Part shown: positions 20,325 to 63,991 of the stretch, in pieces
How the letters are laid out: each line of letters starts with the position of its first letter
Position numbering within the stretch: position 1 is the stretch's first letter
NCBI RefSeq assembly: GCF_037042905.1
Contig: NC_087247.1
Location: 21,080,001 to 21,144,000 of the forward strand
Reading direction: 5' to 3'
DNA: 64,000 nucleotides
DNA from: Lytechinus pictus
Lineage: Eukaryota
Made by a program: the position numbers and the translations under genes
Notes under the pieces: generated by a model
Told to the model about the DNA's origin: nothing
The model's input: only the letters and a program-made list of their open reading frames with translations
The model's database searches: none

Positions 20325-20639
20325 TTATATTTTGATAGATGACTTAATAAAAAAATATGATTAACGAGTGAAACCCGAATGGAAGTGACTGATAAAGAAG
20401 CATTGTAGATATAAACGCTTTACTCAGACGCAAAATCAGTGGTTGAATCCCACGTACCTTCATGTATCTCGTTAAGCGCCTTAGACCAAGACCACTTGAC
20501 ACATGGCATCTTTACTTTTTATATTGATAAGTATATTTACATCTAGTACTTTTCAGATAATGTTAGCTTCTTTCACTATTTCTCAGTCATGTTATTTTTT
20601 ATCTTTTCTGTCCTATTGTAACACAACGTCTTAGAATTA

Positions 20640-20846
<207 letters not shown>

Positions 20847-22301
20847 CTAACAACAGATTAATACATACGACTTTTTAAAATATAAAGAATCAGTGCCATT
20901 CTAAAACACAGTAATCACCGGCATGGATCGAGTTGATTGGAAAACAACCGAGTAAAATGTAGGGTTATTTTATGTTAGCATTTATTTTCGCATGATCGGG
21001 TGATGGAAATATTATTTTTCAGACCACGTGAATAAAGATATGCTTCTAAAGTTAAGAAAAGGAAAGATAGTTACTGCATTCATAATCAGTCAGTCTGCAG
21101 GTCCCTATGCTAATGAGCAAGTGAGCCAGATTTATTCAAGTCCGACCTCTCGTGGCTGAATTCATATCTCTGCAAAATCTCGTGAATATTGTGAGACTTT
21201 CTTTGTCAAAGAATTTAACCACTTTTTTCATCAAGTAAAATTGATTATTCTTATACCACTGGAAAGAGTAAATGTGACTCTTTTATAGTGGTTATTTCTT
21301 TTGAATATTAGATAAAATATTGATAAAAGATGCCTCAAACGGAATTGCTTCCTCTGTTTTCTCTTGTGAGTTGTGCAAAACTTTTTTTATTTTGGGCACA
21401 AATAGGCCTGCTATATATATCATCAAAAAGCTCAAACTGTAATTTCTTTGTCACTCTCAATATGTGGCACCCCTTAGATGGGTCAGCAGCCAGCTTTTTC
21501 CATCAAGAAACAAGACAAGATTTTTTAAATTTATGAGTAGTAAGAAATCCAGAGTTCTGATTGGCTGGATAAGGTTTCAGAACAACAGCCGCGGGTAATT
21601 TAAAAAGATTACCACATGGTGAGTGTGACCTTTTTCAGGCCCCAGCAATGGAATGTTGGAGTTTGAGTGGGTGTGTGGTCACTACGACCAATCAGAGCGC
21701 ATTGTTATTGCTTTTAATCTGCTAAATGTACTTGACCTATGAAAAGCTGACTGCAGACCCATCTAAAATAATCTTATAAAACCTATTTCATATTGAAGCT
21801 TAGATCTTTAGCTTTATCATCATTTAAAAATTATTTGGTCTCAAACAGAACTTAAGTGTAAAAACAACAGCTTTCGTTGGATGAAAATAATTATTTTGTG
21901 TCATGTTTTAGATCAAAAATTTCACCTATATTACAAAATATTTTAAAAAATCCAGACACATGACCGTAAACGAATAATTTCTCTTCTTGATGAAAATACA
22001 AAAAACAAGAAATGGTCGATAATTAGAGCAGCAATGGCAAAATAACAAAAGGTGTTTTCGTCCGCACCAAGCTCATTAACAAATGCAAAAACCCTCTCGT
22101 CATGAATATCGCTTGGATAAAAGAAGCTACTTTTTGTGGACCAGCCGTCTGACTGTAATGCCCAGGAAAGACACTTTGTCTCATCCACTGAGACTAATAG
22201 GTGATTATTTGCTGTGTATTCCACATCGGAAAGAAATTGTTCTAACAATGGTTATTAGTAAACCCTCTCTCCCTCTATATATATATGTGTGCACATGTAT
22301 A

Positions 22302-22351
<50 letters not shown>

Positions 22352-22354
<3 letters not shown>

Positions 22355-22553
22355 TTGTGCTCAAAAGTTAGTGAACTCCATCACAAAATGCACTCCTTCT
22401 TGCTGAGTGTTGAGATATAAACAACAACACTACAACGTTCGATGAGCCCAGAGAAACAAAATTTATCAAATATATAATATTTCATCACTTGACTTCACAA
22501 ACCAATATCTGAAACTCGGCTGAGCATAGTTCACTAACTTTTGAGCACCACTG
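22352..22553. mobile_element. Short Tc1-like MITE inserted in (TA)n
   Basis: CAGTTGTGCTCAAAAGTTAGTGAACT...AGTTCACTAACTTTTGAGCACCACTG. Confidence 0.75.
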
Positions 22554-22661
22554 TGTGTGTGTATATATATATATATATAAGGGTGTGTGAGGGTGGGGGT
22601 GCGTGTTTGAGGGTGTGTGGGTGTGGAGGTGCCGTGGCCGAGTGTGAGGGTGTGTGGGTGT

Positions 22662-22809
22662 GGAGGTGCCGTGGCCGAGTGGTCTAAGGCGCCTGGCTAT
22701 ACATGGAAAGTCCGGGGTTCGATCCCCGGCTACGACACCTATGCTCTTTTATCCTGCATTCAAATAAAAGGAAATGCTTTACGCATTATTTGTAACTAGG
22801 TGTGCACTT

Positions 22810-22850
<41 letters not shown>
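22662..22850 (+). mobile_element. tRNA-derived SINE with duplicated A-box segment and poly-A tail
   Basis: GTGGCCGAGTGG A-box, GGTTCGATCCC B-box, 37-bp tandem duplication at 22608-22681, A-run ending at 22850. Confidence 0.7.
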
Positions 22851-22852
<2 letters not shown>

Positions 22853-25489
22853 GTTAATATATATATGTGTGTTAATGTACCTACCTTCAATGTTGTTCTT
22901 GACCCATGTCAGAGCAGCTACCTGGTCAAGCAAACCGTAATTCCCGGGCGCTAAGTCGTCATCTACCAAAGATAAATAAACAAATACAGATGGTGCACTA
23001 TTATACATGATTGGGAAAACAATTTATTATCAGATGCATTTTCCCATTTAAAAACCAACAGAAAAAGGCCCAGTATGATTTAAAAATATCATATTTTGTG
23101 AAAGATGAAAATATTACATAATTGCATAGTTCAGGTTGAAATATCCGTAATTTGAAGTGGATGATTGGGAATTGGTTTTTGTATTTGGATATTAAACGAA
23201 ATAAAATCGAACTTATAACATTCCAGGTGGTGTTTATAAAACAATTTGCAAGCTACGCACAAATTTCATACGTACGATTAATGGCTCTTTCTCTAGTGCC
23301 CAATCATCTTTTTTTATAATTTGTATGCCCATCATTAGCTCAAGTTGAAAGTTACAGGGCATATCGTAGTAGACTTTATTCTGAATGTTAAGAAACTTCT
23401 GAATGAAATACTCATTACATTTCGATTTGACTGGGGTTATAGAAAATGCCTTCCTGTTCTATTAAACCAGGAAAAATAAGTGGTTTTACCTCTTTTAGCA
23501 AAATACAGCGTATTCAACTGTGCGTAAAACCGCGACAAACTTACGAGTAGCTTTTTGAAACAGCCTCTCAAGCTCAATCCATGATGAGGTTTTTTGAAAT
23601 AAAGAGACAAACATAATACATGGAATAAGAAGGCAAAAAAATCGAGTTGATTTGAAAAATTACCCCGATAATCAATCAAACGAAAATGCTTAAATCATTT
23701 CAAAATAGGTCGCAAAACAAGAAAAGGCAGCAGCGTATAGGCCCCCTTTATTTTTTTAATGCGGGCGTTATGATAATGAGAGAGACTAAATAGTGCCACC
23801 TATTCATCCGTCTCTCTGTTCAAATACTCAAATTCATAACAACATTGTTCCTTTAATTACATACGGCGAGTAACTAGAAGAATTAACCATGTTCCGTGCG
23901 GACCCCCACTACCCCCTGTTCAGGGATAAATAATAATTTTATCAAATTTCATATAGTACATTAAGAAAACAAAATGATTAGTGATCGTGTTACATCATCA
24001 GTCCCTTTTTTTTGCATACCGCCTGTTTAATGTCAAATTGTATTTCCATTGAATTCATTTGTTAACATGGTTTCGATGAGAAATCCTATTTTGTTTGGGT
24101 GGATTTCTTCCTGCTGTTGTAATATAAAATACCAGTTGAGAAGAATCCGAATACACCTAGGCGATAATTCAGAGTGACAATGATGACATCCCCTACTGCT
24201 ACAAGTGGCACTCCATAGTAATCGTATGTTGATGCTGTTCCCGATTCGAATCCTCCTCCATGGATCCATACCATTACAGCTGCTTTGTTGGGCTAAACAC
24301 GAAAATGAAACATTTTAAAAAAGATGTTTCCCACCACAAAAACTGACGGAGATTAAGAATAGAGTATTTGGGAAATAAAATTAGCTTTTCATGATAGGCT
24401 GAGATTTGGGATTGTTTGGAGCGAACAGTCAATGGCGCTTCTATATGTATAACTTTGTATACATGGTATAGGTCGACCCAAGGTGAACTAGGTAATCGAC
24501 GATGACTTTCTACTCGAGAATAATTTTTGACTTTTGACTTACTGTACGAGACCGTTGTCGATAAAATAAACGTGACGCGGATCATTGCCGAGATCGACGA
24601 ATCAGAGTCTTGTTTCATAAAGGCTTGTTATGATAACAAATACACAATTTCTATAACAAGTTTACTACCATTCAATAGAATTGAATGATTTATACTTTCA
24701 CTGTAAATGTGTTATTATAGCAAGTATTATGAAATGGGACCCAGTCCGAAAAAAGTGATATTGCTTGAGTTGATCACTCGTACCAGAGCAACAAAGACTT
24801 ATTGAATCATTTTGTTCCTTGGAATGTGAATCTTCTGATCTACCTTTGGATTTGGAACAAAGACGTTGAGATACAGACAGTCTTCATCCATGAAATCAGG
24901 ATAATAAAAGGAGGCGATAGGTGTCTGCAGACAGGCAGGTTTGTATGTAGTAGCATTCCACCGTCCAAACCATCTTCTTTTAGGTTTAGGTGCCTCAAAG
25001 CGATCTGGAGGATTGGCAAATGGAACACCCTGTGTGCGTTTATGATGACAGAAATACAAGATTGTCAGCGAACTACAAGCCAAATTAGACAGTCACGTTT
25101 TTCTTTTCAGCTATAAACGCTAATAACTGTACTTGGCCCAGACTTTATCTACTTTTAAACAGAGTTCATTTACAATTTTTACAGAACAAAATATAATATA
25201 TAGGCATTAATATTTATCTTTATTTAATTGTATCAGTATTTGGAACAATTAAGTAATATCCGGGCAAAGGGCATAGAAAAGGATGAGTCTAATATAGTAC
25301 TTTTTTGCTAGTATAAAAATGCAAGGAATAACGAATGGACTACTCTTCAAGTATTTTAAGACATTTATTTGGTCTACTTTGCTGATCGTTCAAATTCACA
25401 AATTAGATTACTAGTAAAATGACTTACATTACATTTATCGATTTTATGATGAAAAAAAGTCATGAAGATACAAATGCCTTTGTTCTGTG

Positions 25490-25575
25490 GCATAAAGTGC
25501 CATACCGGGATTCGAACCCTGGACTTTTGTGGCCAGGCGTCAAAGACCAGCACGACCAGTGCACCTCCACAACAC
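25490..25575 (-). mobile_element. SINE head fragment
   Basis: Minus strand GGAGGTGC...AAAGTCCAGGGTTCGAATCCCGG, similar to the 22662 SINE. Confidence 0.5.
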
Positions 25576-26649
25576 ATGCCAAAAAAATCGATATCACTAA
25601 TGAATTTGTGAAACACAAAGTGCATGACTTATACAAGTAGAGAGCTTACCAAGAAAACATCGACCAACTTCAATATGTTTATGGATTCATATTCCTCAAA
25701 TAAAAGTGTCTTTCCAAAGAGCTCTCCTTCAGTAACTGTGACCGTAGGATCCTCTGAACTAATTCCAAATTGATATACCAAAATAACGCAGTAGATGAGC
25801 ATAAGACGTAGTAAACGACACATGATGTTCTTGCAATAATAAAGATTTATTTCTGTAATTGGCCGTTCCGAGGTATATATACATTTGGCGTAAACGTTGT
25901 TCTATCATGTTCGCATAAAAGCATGCCTAATTTTTATTCACTCTTTGATGGAAATTCGTGCGGTCTTATCCAACTCTTCACCATACATTATGTATTGTAC
26001 CTTAAAATTAACAGCTATGTTGACTGTATGCTGTTATGATAGCCTCGTGCATGATGATTTATCTTTCCTTAAGAACAAATACAATTACGCAATTACCACA
26101 ACCCAGCATGCTCAGGGAAGATAAACATTGAGTTCACATTATATTCCGATCTCAATATGTGTGTTTCTTTTTTTTCCCCGGACAGTTTACATATTTTTCA
26201 TATATTTCTGAAATAATTGATACTGCTTAAGACATTTCAGAATGTATGAATATGATAAATGTATATGGTTAACCCTTAAATACGGAGCCCTTGAATTAAG
26301 TAGTAATATTGTATTGTTTGCATTTATTGGAATAATTCTATTTGTAAGCTAAAAACAATAACAGCAACAATTAGATGGAAAAAAAACAATTTGTTGTGGA
26401 GAATCTGTTCATTTCAGTTCAATTAATTGGGATAATGACACATCTCAAACAGTATATACCATGAAAACAATTGTCCTAGTACAGATATATATGAATCAGT
26501 ACTGTTCGTAAGGATAAACAAATCAATAATAATCATTATTTTCATGTTAGGTTCACAGTGTATTAATTCTAAAATGGTAAGATGTGCAGAAATTGTCGTA
26601 ATATAATTTGATCTCAGTTTTAACATTATATTGAATGTATATCTAGTTT

Positions 26650-38370
<11,721 letters not shown>

Positions 38371-39348
38371 GGTGTCCTGAATAGTGTGGCTATAGTTTAG
38401 GCCTATATCATATATTATGCGACATAAAGTCTTAGCCAAAACAAAATCTTGGCATTAAACGGAAATAAGTGAGCTGGGTTTCTGTGTGTCAATAAAGACG
38501 GCGTTTATCTTCAAAGGAAGTTGATTGCATGAAAATAAAGCAAGTAAAAACTGTCATCATGAGGGGATTATATTCTGAACTACAATATCATTCTTGTTCA
38601 TTTCTTTCAAACTTCATGTCAAAATCACTCGTTCCATGAAATACTCATTGTTACATTTCGTCCAGTAAATAGGTTTTTTTTTCTTTAAATCGTGTAAGTC
38701 AAATCACAATTTTTTGGTCAAACGTTTTGGAAATATTTACCTGTCCCATACTAAAATCTTGTATGTTTCATGGGGGGATATAGATGGATGAATTTTCTGA
38801 TTGAATAATTATTTAATTGGATGGCTAAATCATAAGGAATGAAGATAATGATTGGGTAGTATTCTAAAAACAAAAACAAAACAAAACAGGAGAGCATACA
38901 GGCACGAGGAATGGCGCAATGATTGTGATGGTGGTACACAATGGCGTGTGGGGGGATTTCTAAAATGTAGCGATTCAGCGAAAATTTAAGACTTTTCTAG
39001 ATGAAAATTAATTTGACAAAGATTATATTCATATGATTTTGACGTTATATCTAATAAATGATCACACTTCACACTAATCCCCATTTTTTCTATAGGTCCT
39101 AATACATTTAGGGGCAGCGACCGCAAGCCCCCTCTCTATACGCGACTGGGCACGATATACCTCTCCCCGATACTACCATGACCACTGGGATTATCATTTA
39201 TACATTGATATTATCGATATATATTGAAATAAACCCATACTATTGAAAATTTCACAAAAACTTGGTTTAAAGTAGATACCGTCCTTTTACGCACAACCCG
39301 GGTGAAATGCAAATAAATGAGTCAAATACGTCTCACACTCACTTTTTT

Positions 39349-39933
39349 TTAAAGGAGCTTTGGAACAAGATAGCTTGTGTGAAAACAGAAAAATAACAGA
39401 AACAGATCAACGCAAGTTTGAGAAAAATCGGACAATTAATGAGAAAGTTATGAGCATTTCAATATTGCGATCACTAACGCTATGGAGATCCTCAAATTGG
39501 CAATGCGACAAAGATGTGTGATGTCACTTGCGAACAACTCTCCCTATTACTGTAGTGTATATTTCACTTAAATTGCCTCTTTTATCACATCTATCAGTAG
39601 ATCATGTGTTCTTTCTATAGGAGGGCATGTAATACATATTTTTAAAGAATACATCATGGATAAAGAGTTTGTATCACCACAAGAAAAAGCAGAAAGAGAC
39701 ATTTTGAGGGTATTTTATAGTCCATCAAAGGGAAAGTTGTTAACTTGTGACATCACACATCCTTGTTGCATTGCCAATGGGAGGATCTCCATAGCATTAG
39801 TGATTGCAATATTCAAATGCTCATAACTTTCTCATTATTTGTCCGATTTTTCTCAAACTTTCTTTGTTCTTATTCTTTGATTTTTCTGTTTCGACACAAG
39901 ACTAGTTATTCAAAAGGTTTCATTCCCCTTTAA
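39349..39933. mobile_element. Palindromic TTAA-flanked MITE (Kolobok/T2-like, third subfamily)
   Basis: TTAAAGG...CCTTTAA ends; long inverted arms (GAGAAAAATCGGACAA/TTGTCCGATTTTTCTC, ATGCGACAAAGATGTGTGATGTCAC/GTGACATCACACATCCTTGTTGCAT). Confidence 0.75.
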
Positions 39934-40135
39934 GTTGTTTTATGAAATATAAAGTCTTTTCAATCCTTATAGTTTCTGAAATAATCCTAGACACTAAAAC
40001 CATAATACGCTACCTCAAAGGATGATTATAGATATCACAATTCATACAATCAATAAAAAACAATAGTATACGGCATCACTAGCTTCTTCTATATACGACC
40101 CGTGCTGTCCATGAACTGTCTTGGAGAATTCGTTG

Positions 40136-41892
40136 CGCAATTCCGAAGGTTCGTAATTCCGAAACTCGTAAATTTCCTATACCTCGATGTTCGCTAATCC
40201 GAAAACGAAAAAGGGTTCATTAATCCGAACATTTCTGGCGTTAATCCGAAGGTACGTTAATCCGAAAACAAAATAGGGTTCATTAGTCCGAAAACGAAAT
40301 AAGGTTCATTATTACGGAAGGTTCGTTAGTCCGAAAACGAAATAAGGTCGTTGTTCCGAAGGTTCGTTGATCCGAAAAAAATATGGTTCGTTATTCCGAA
40401 GGTTCGTTAGTCCTAAAACGAAATAAGGTTCGTTATTCCGAAGATTCGCTAATCCGAAAAAATAGGGTTCGTTATTCCGAACGGTTCGTTAATCCGAAAA
40501 ATAAAATAATCTGAGGCGATGCCGGGGAAAACGGAAGGGCAAGCGTGGTGCGGGAGGGGAGGGATAGAAACACCGTTGCTGTTCAATGGCTCTGAGAATG
40601 GGAAGGCAGGGGGCGGAACGTATTTTCGTTTGGAGGCAAAGCCAAAGAAGGGTACTTTTATGTCAAATTGGGCATTTTGGTGATATTTCCACCATGAAAT
40701 TGTCATTTACATGAAGTAGTTGTGTGTTTTCAAGTAAAATAGTTAAGCAAAGTCTTTTAAAGTGATTTATGATTATTATAGGATATATATTTAGGCATTT
40801 TTACGCGGTTTGGAAAAAGTTTCAAATCTGAAGTTCAACTCGCTTTTGGTCAATTATGGGGCTAATTAGGCCCTACTGTTAAAAGGGCATCCTCGCGAGA
40901 TGTTGCGAGCGCTAATCGCAAGCTAAAACTTTTGGACATTTCAAGAAGAAATGAAAATAAAATATTCCAAGCAGTTCTTGTTATCATGAAAAAGATGGGT
41001 ATTTACTAAAGAATTAACGCGAGCTGAAATTTTTAATATACTGACCAGAAATGGAACCTGGTAAGGACGACATTTAGTGACTCATTAATGGGATACATAT
41101 TTAACCCATCGAATAATGCGAGCACGAATGAAGCGCGAGCTTAAAATTTACGATATTCCAACCTGAAACCTGGACATTTTTTATAAGCATTTTTATAACC
41201 AGAAACAGGGTGAATACATACTACATATTAACTGAGGCGAGCGCGAAAAAAAATTGTGATTTCAAACATGAAATGTATTATATTGTACTTCAAAAAGGGT
41301 ATTCAATTTCGAAAAAAACACATTTCATTTTGGAAAAAAGGAATTTTCCATTTTGAAAAAAGGACATTTTTTCTTACGGGGATTTTTCTTTTATCAACTA
41401 GCAAAACCTGGTAAAAATGACACCCTTCCTCTGAAAAAAATATCACATTATCTAGAGATAATTCACATGTGACCAACACACATTCCCCAACATTCGTAAT
41501 CCATTTGCTCTGGCAGCAATTGCTCAGAGAAAATAAAAATCAAGATGCTTGATCCACGCGCCAATTCTTGATGCAATACATGCTTTGACCACAATATACA
41601 CATAATATCATCCACCGTTGAAACCATTATTGCATAATATCCTGTTATTTTTTCATCATAACACCGTTTTTGCTACCAAAATAAATCAATTTCATTTTCG
41701 GAAAATTGAACCTTATTTCATTTTCGGGCTAACCAACTTTCGGAATAACAAATCTTATTGCATTTTCGGACAAACGAACCTTCGGAGTGACGAATCTCAT
41801 TTTGTTTTCGGATTAATGAACTTTCGGAATAACGAACCTTAGGAATATTCTAACAGTCGGAATAACGAACCTTCGGAATTGCGAATGTAACC
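40136..41892. mobile_element. DNA element bounded by inverted arrays of short subterminal repeats
   Basis: (AATCCGAAGGTTCGTT)-type array at 40136-40500 and its reverse complement (AACGAACCTTCGGAAT) at 41690-41883. Confidence 0.7.
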
Positions 41893-42307
41893 TGTAGAAT
41901 TAAGCAAAACTTTCAATATTTCAATTTTAGGACTTCCAGTATTATGTCTATGTTTATGCTCCACTGCCATGGGTAAAGTCTTTCCAAGGACCTTTGGTAT
42001 TTGGATACCACTAGAAAAGTGTGTTTCTCAGCCTTCATCAGCTATGTCTTTTTTCTTTGTATTGAATGTTAGGGGATATTGATTCCCTGTAAATTACATG
42101 GCCGAACTAACTTTATACAAAGATAAGGCTTACAGATATAAATTCAAACATACAAAAATGTGAGAAAAAAATTCGCGAAAAAAAAAAATTCAACGTTGAA
42201 GAAAAATCATAAGATTTTATTCAGAAAGTTATTTTTCAGGATACAGATAATCCAATTTATTCAATTTTTTCATAAATAGGTGTCATCCTTTCGATTAGAC
42301 CAACCTG

Positions 42308-42436
42308 GGTCCCGTAACACGAAGGTAAGCGATTAATCGTATGCTTGATTTTCACTATTGATTGTACATTGTAGTCAATGTAATCAATCGTAGAAAAATG
42401 TTCAACGATCATTGCTAAGCTTTGTGTTACGGGCCC
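42308..42436. mobile_element. Harbinger-like MITE with CTG target duplication
   Basis: CTG-GGTCCCGTAACACGAAG...CTTTGTGTTACGGGCCC-CTG. Confidence 0.75.
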
Positions 42437-43305
42437 CTGGGAACCAATATATTAATGGCGGATATGCCTCTGCCTATCTAACTTCTTCTTCTCCTCCTCC
42501 TCCTTCTTCTTCTCCTTTCTCTTTTTCTTCTTCTACTCCTCCTTCTTCGTCTTCTTTCTCCTTCTCCTTCTCCCCCTCCTTCTTCTTTTTTTCTTCTTTT
42601 TCTTATTGTTCTCCTCCTTCTTCTTCCTCTCAATATTTTAATTTCACTCCTTCTCGTCCATCATCATATTCCTATCTTTTATTTAAATTGTCTATCGACA
42701 TTCCTGTGAGATTTGGCTTGACGTGGACTGGTTTTGTTTTCTTCTTGTTCGATGCCATATTTTACTCGATCCTTATTTTAGAAGTTGTATAATGTAAACA
42801 ATTTGTATAATACTGTACGTCGTAATCATATTATAACTCTATGGCCTACAAGGAGTAACTTTAAGCTGAATTCAGTTATATTATACTTCAACAAATCTCT
42901 TTCAAGACGATAACAGTGTTATTGTATTTATTCATTTTCACTCTCATGATTCCATCTTTTTCCAATCTATTCACCGTGTTCTTTTTCTTTTCCTCTGTCA
43001 ATATCATCAATAAAATATTCATGTTGATACATTCTCAGCCTCTTAACCATCATCTCCTTAACCATATCTACCTTCACCGCCATTATTATTACTGTCATTG
43101 GTATCGGGATTGAATTGAATTTAATAACTTTATTGTTCATAAAGGATAATCTTTTTTTACCATTGTTATAGTCATTATATGGTCACGATTCAAGTCTAAT
43201 AAATTAGTGACATCTACAAGTCTTATTTGTTGAGCCATTGTCATTTTTTTCAGAGGGTCATTACATCTTTTTGGTTGGAATAAATGCATAAACAAGAATA
43301 AATCC

Positions 43306-51640
<8,335 letters not shown>

Positions 51641-51856
51641 TTTTGACGAAATGCAGTTGTGTCTTGATCAGATTGTTTTGTTTCACAGAATGAAGCGACT
51701 TGAGTTGTTCCCTGTTTACTTCTATATATATAGATCCACATGTTATGTAGGTGAAATGTCACTATACATGTAGATGAAAGGTCGAAAGTTTGCTACGTCC
51801 TGCAGCCTCTTGTTCTTTCATCGTTATATATGAATACATATATATATATATATATG

Positions 51857-51899
<43 letters not shown>

Positions 51900-52324
51900 G
51901 TATGTATATGACGATGAAAGAACACATTCCGCGAATGATCTACTTCCTAAAATATATGTGTATATATATAGAGAGAGAGACAGAGACAGAGACAGAAACG
52001 GAGAGACAGATAGAGAAAGAAAGAGTCTAGATTGAAATAGTCTGCTTGGCATCTAGAGAAGACAATAATCATAATTGGTATAGTAGAATGTCATGGATCT
52101 AGACAAATTGAAACAATATATTTTCAAAGAGAACGGCGCATAACTCTCGAACATGACAAGCGAAATCACGTTCTTCTTTCTGTTTCTGTTTCTGTTTGTG
52201 GTAACTCCCGTAGGAACTCGATAGGACAGCATTTTTTGCTGGTAAACGCCAAGCTGGTATATAACCAATTACCTTGGAAACATTTTACGTCTAGGTTAAT
52301 CAGTCATAGTGGCTGACGTAATAG

Positions 52325-52443
52325 ACGACAGATATCACTCTTGGGCCTTTTTATCAAAGTGGAGACAATGGCAGAGTTGGGATTCGAACTCACAACCTTG
52401 CAATTATGAGTCCAATGCTCTAACCACTAGACCACACGACCCT
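52325..52443 (-). mobile_element. tRNA-derived SINE fragment upstream of gene 4
   Basis: Minus strand GTGGTCTAGTGGTTAGAGC...GAGTTCGAATCCC (A and B boxes), no closing acceptor stem. Confidence 0.65.
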
Positions 52444-53742
52444 TTAAATTTATGCCCAAAATATGTCGTACACAGTAAAAAAAATGGGACATTAAGCCTG
52501 TCTCTCTAACAACAAGTTGTTTGAACTTTTTTTAAATAGTTTAAAAATTTGAACAGTTGTTTAAAAAGTTTAAACAATAGTTGTTAGAGCGACGGGCTTA
52601 AACAACTTGTTTAAAGTTTTAAACAACGTTTTTACCGTATATTGCAATACAGAATAACACTTTGTGTGTGTTAATAAAAGTTGACAAAACAGATACTCTA
52701 TTACATGTAGCATGGTTTCAGCTCATAAGTACCAAAGTATTTCTTAAATATCGAATTGCAAAAAATGAAAATCAAATACAAGGTAAGCATAAAACAGGCA
52801 TTTTGTTAATCACCTATGTCATAATTAAATCGAAGAACCCCTTACCCTAAATATACTCTTATCCACATCAGACGAACCATACAAGAAGCAGACATAATGA
52901 CATTATCTGAACATCTTTACAAACTTCGTTCGAACATGCATGTATTAAATCAAAACAATTATATACTTAGGTAAAATACAAATAATATAATATGAAACAG
53001 TAACAATAGCAAGTTAAATAAAAATACATGTTCTGTCTTTTAACGAGAAAAAGTTCTATTTTTTTTATGTTTGTTCTTTCGATCCAAACAAAGTATCATC
53101 ACCAAGTCAAGTCAATATTTCAATCAGGGATTCAACCACTATTGTTAAACATCAACTATGTTACTGTTTTTGCAATACCACATCGTGATCTGACATAGGA
53201 CATTTATTGCGTCGTTTTATTGGCTGAAAAGCACATGTTTATGATTGTTACTATGGTAACCATCGGGCAGATAAATGGACATGAAAGAACAAATTGACTA
53301 TCCAGAGTGTGATTAATACATTTATACATGTATAAGTTTGATAAGTTTTCAGTAATATGTTCTTTGATCATCAATATGTGATTGACATCAAATGACTATC
53401 ATTTGACCAATAAGAAGGCGGGTGTTTCATTCAGATAGGTTTCATCAACCTTGTACAATGACATTAAGTCTAAATAGTTGTCTAAACCTTGTCTGGAAAA
53501 TGGAGCAAGGGGCATTTAACATGTCCGCCAAGTAGCAGTGACTTTGCTACTCTCGAAAGCATTTCATTAATAATTTGTTGCCCCACAATTTTTCAGATCT
53601 GATAATTTTCCTTGATTTTGATTGGCTAATAAATTATCTGGTGTACGTTTGACAAAAAGACTCTGTCACAAGAAACATCCACCAGGTCATTTTATGAAAC
53701 GATGCCCAGATCCTACATGGCGGCAGTCAACAAGTAGTTAAA

Positions 53743-54610
53743 AACAAGGTGGTTCACGAACCACGAGTCTCACCTGCTTTCGCGATCATTAAAAGATGCA
53801 ATATGATCTTTTGACCTCTATATGACCTTTGACCTTATCATCCTAATCCACACACATGTGGTATTACCCAAGAATCATTTGTACCAAGTGTAAACACAAT
53901 TGATGCAGAAATAAAGAAATGAGCGATTGAAGAAAAACCTGAATTTTTGACCCCTTGATGACCTTAGATCCCACTATCCTCAACAATGCACATGTTGAAT
54001 TACCCGATGAGCATTTTAATGAAGGATGATCAAAATTGATGGAGAAATAAAGAAATGAGAGCAAGTTGAACAAAAATTTCAAAAAAGATGAACATGCTCT
54101 CAATTGTACCGAGTTTGAACACAATTAGTGCAGATATAAATAAATGAGAGCAAGTTAAACAATAAATTGAAAAAAGGATGGATATGACCTCTTATCACTT
54201 GACCTTTTAACCCCTTGTAGACCTTTGACCCAATTATCCTAATGAACACACATGTGGTATTAACCAAGAATCAATTTTACCAGGTGTAAACACAATTGGT
54301 GCAGAAATAAAGAAATGAGCAATTGATGAAAAACTTGACCTTTTGACCCCTTGATGACCTTTGACCCCACCAAGACACATGTTGTATTACACGAGGATCA
54401 TTTTAATGAAGTGTGATTAAAATTGATGGAGAAATAAAGAAATGAGAGTATGTTAAACAAAAACTTCAAAATAGGGTGAACATGACCTCATATCATTTGA
54501 CCTTTGACCTCTAGATAATCATTTTCATGGGGTCACATGTGGTATTACCCAAAGATGATATGTACCAAGTATGATCATAAGAGACATATGCCGAACTTCA
54601 TGCGAGACAA
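53743..54610 (-). mobile_element. Helentron/HINE-like element with internal tandem repeats rich in TGACCT
   Basis: AACAAG...AGTCTCACCTGC start and GCGAGACAAA end, like 56584-57361; internal repeated AGAAATAAAGAAATGAG and TGACCTTTGACC units. Confidence 0.6.
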
Positions 54611-55230
54611 AAAAAAGATGAAATATCAATCAAATTAATTTGCTTCAGGTAGGCCTTTTTTTGTTTGAAATTGTTGGTAAGATTTGAAACCAGAACATGG
54701 TCATAGGTCATTGACCATAACTGACCTTTGAACTTGATATGAACAGAAAAACATGTAAATTGAATTAAAATGATATTTTCTATCAGAAAAGGTTATTTTG
54801 ATACCACTAGATTCCTTGACCTCAGAAATAGCGGTCTGGGTGCAAAATTATTATGCTTGGTTATTTAGAAGCCGAGATATTGCCGAAAACCCCTTTTTAC
54901 GGCGGCCATTTAAAAAAAAATCCGAGATGGCGGCCACATAGGGGTCGGTGCAAATGAAAAGTTTTTTTATCTGATATACCATAACGTTTCCAAAAATGTA
55001 TAGTTTTCAATTTCTCCAAAAATATCCGGCGAAAGTTACAATTTGAACACAGTGAACGAGACTAATATGTATGGAAAGTAATTTTAACATTAATCCTTAT
55101 TTCTCGGTATTAAGATATTGAAATTCTGTATATAAATGATACATTTTTATTGGTGTCAGGTGGGGGGGGGGGGGGTGATCGCTAATAATTATGTACAACA
55201 ATGCGCTTCAGTGGCACCGAATGTGCATTA

Positions 55231-63991
<8,761 letters not shown>

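Noticed and set aside
40136-40500. CRISPR-like short repeat array
   Set aside because: Eukaryotic context, degenerate repeats without unique spacers, and a mirrored array downstream point to transposon subterminal repeats.
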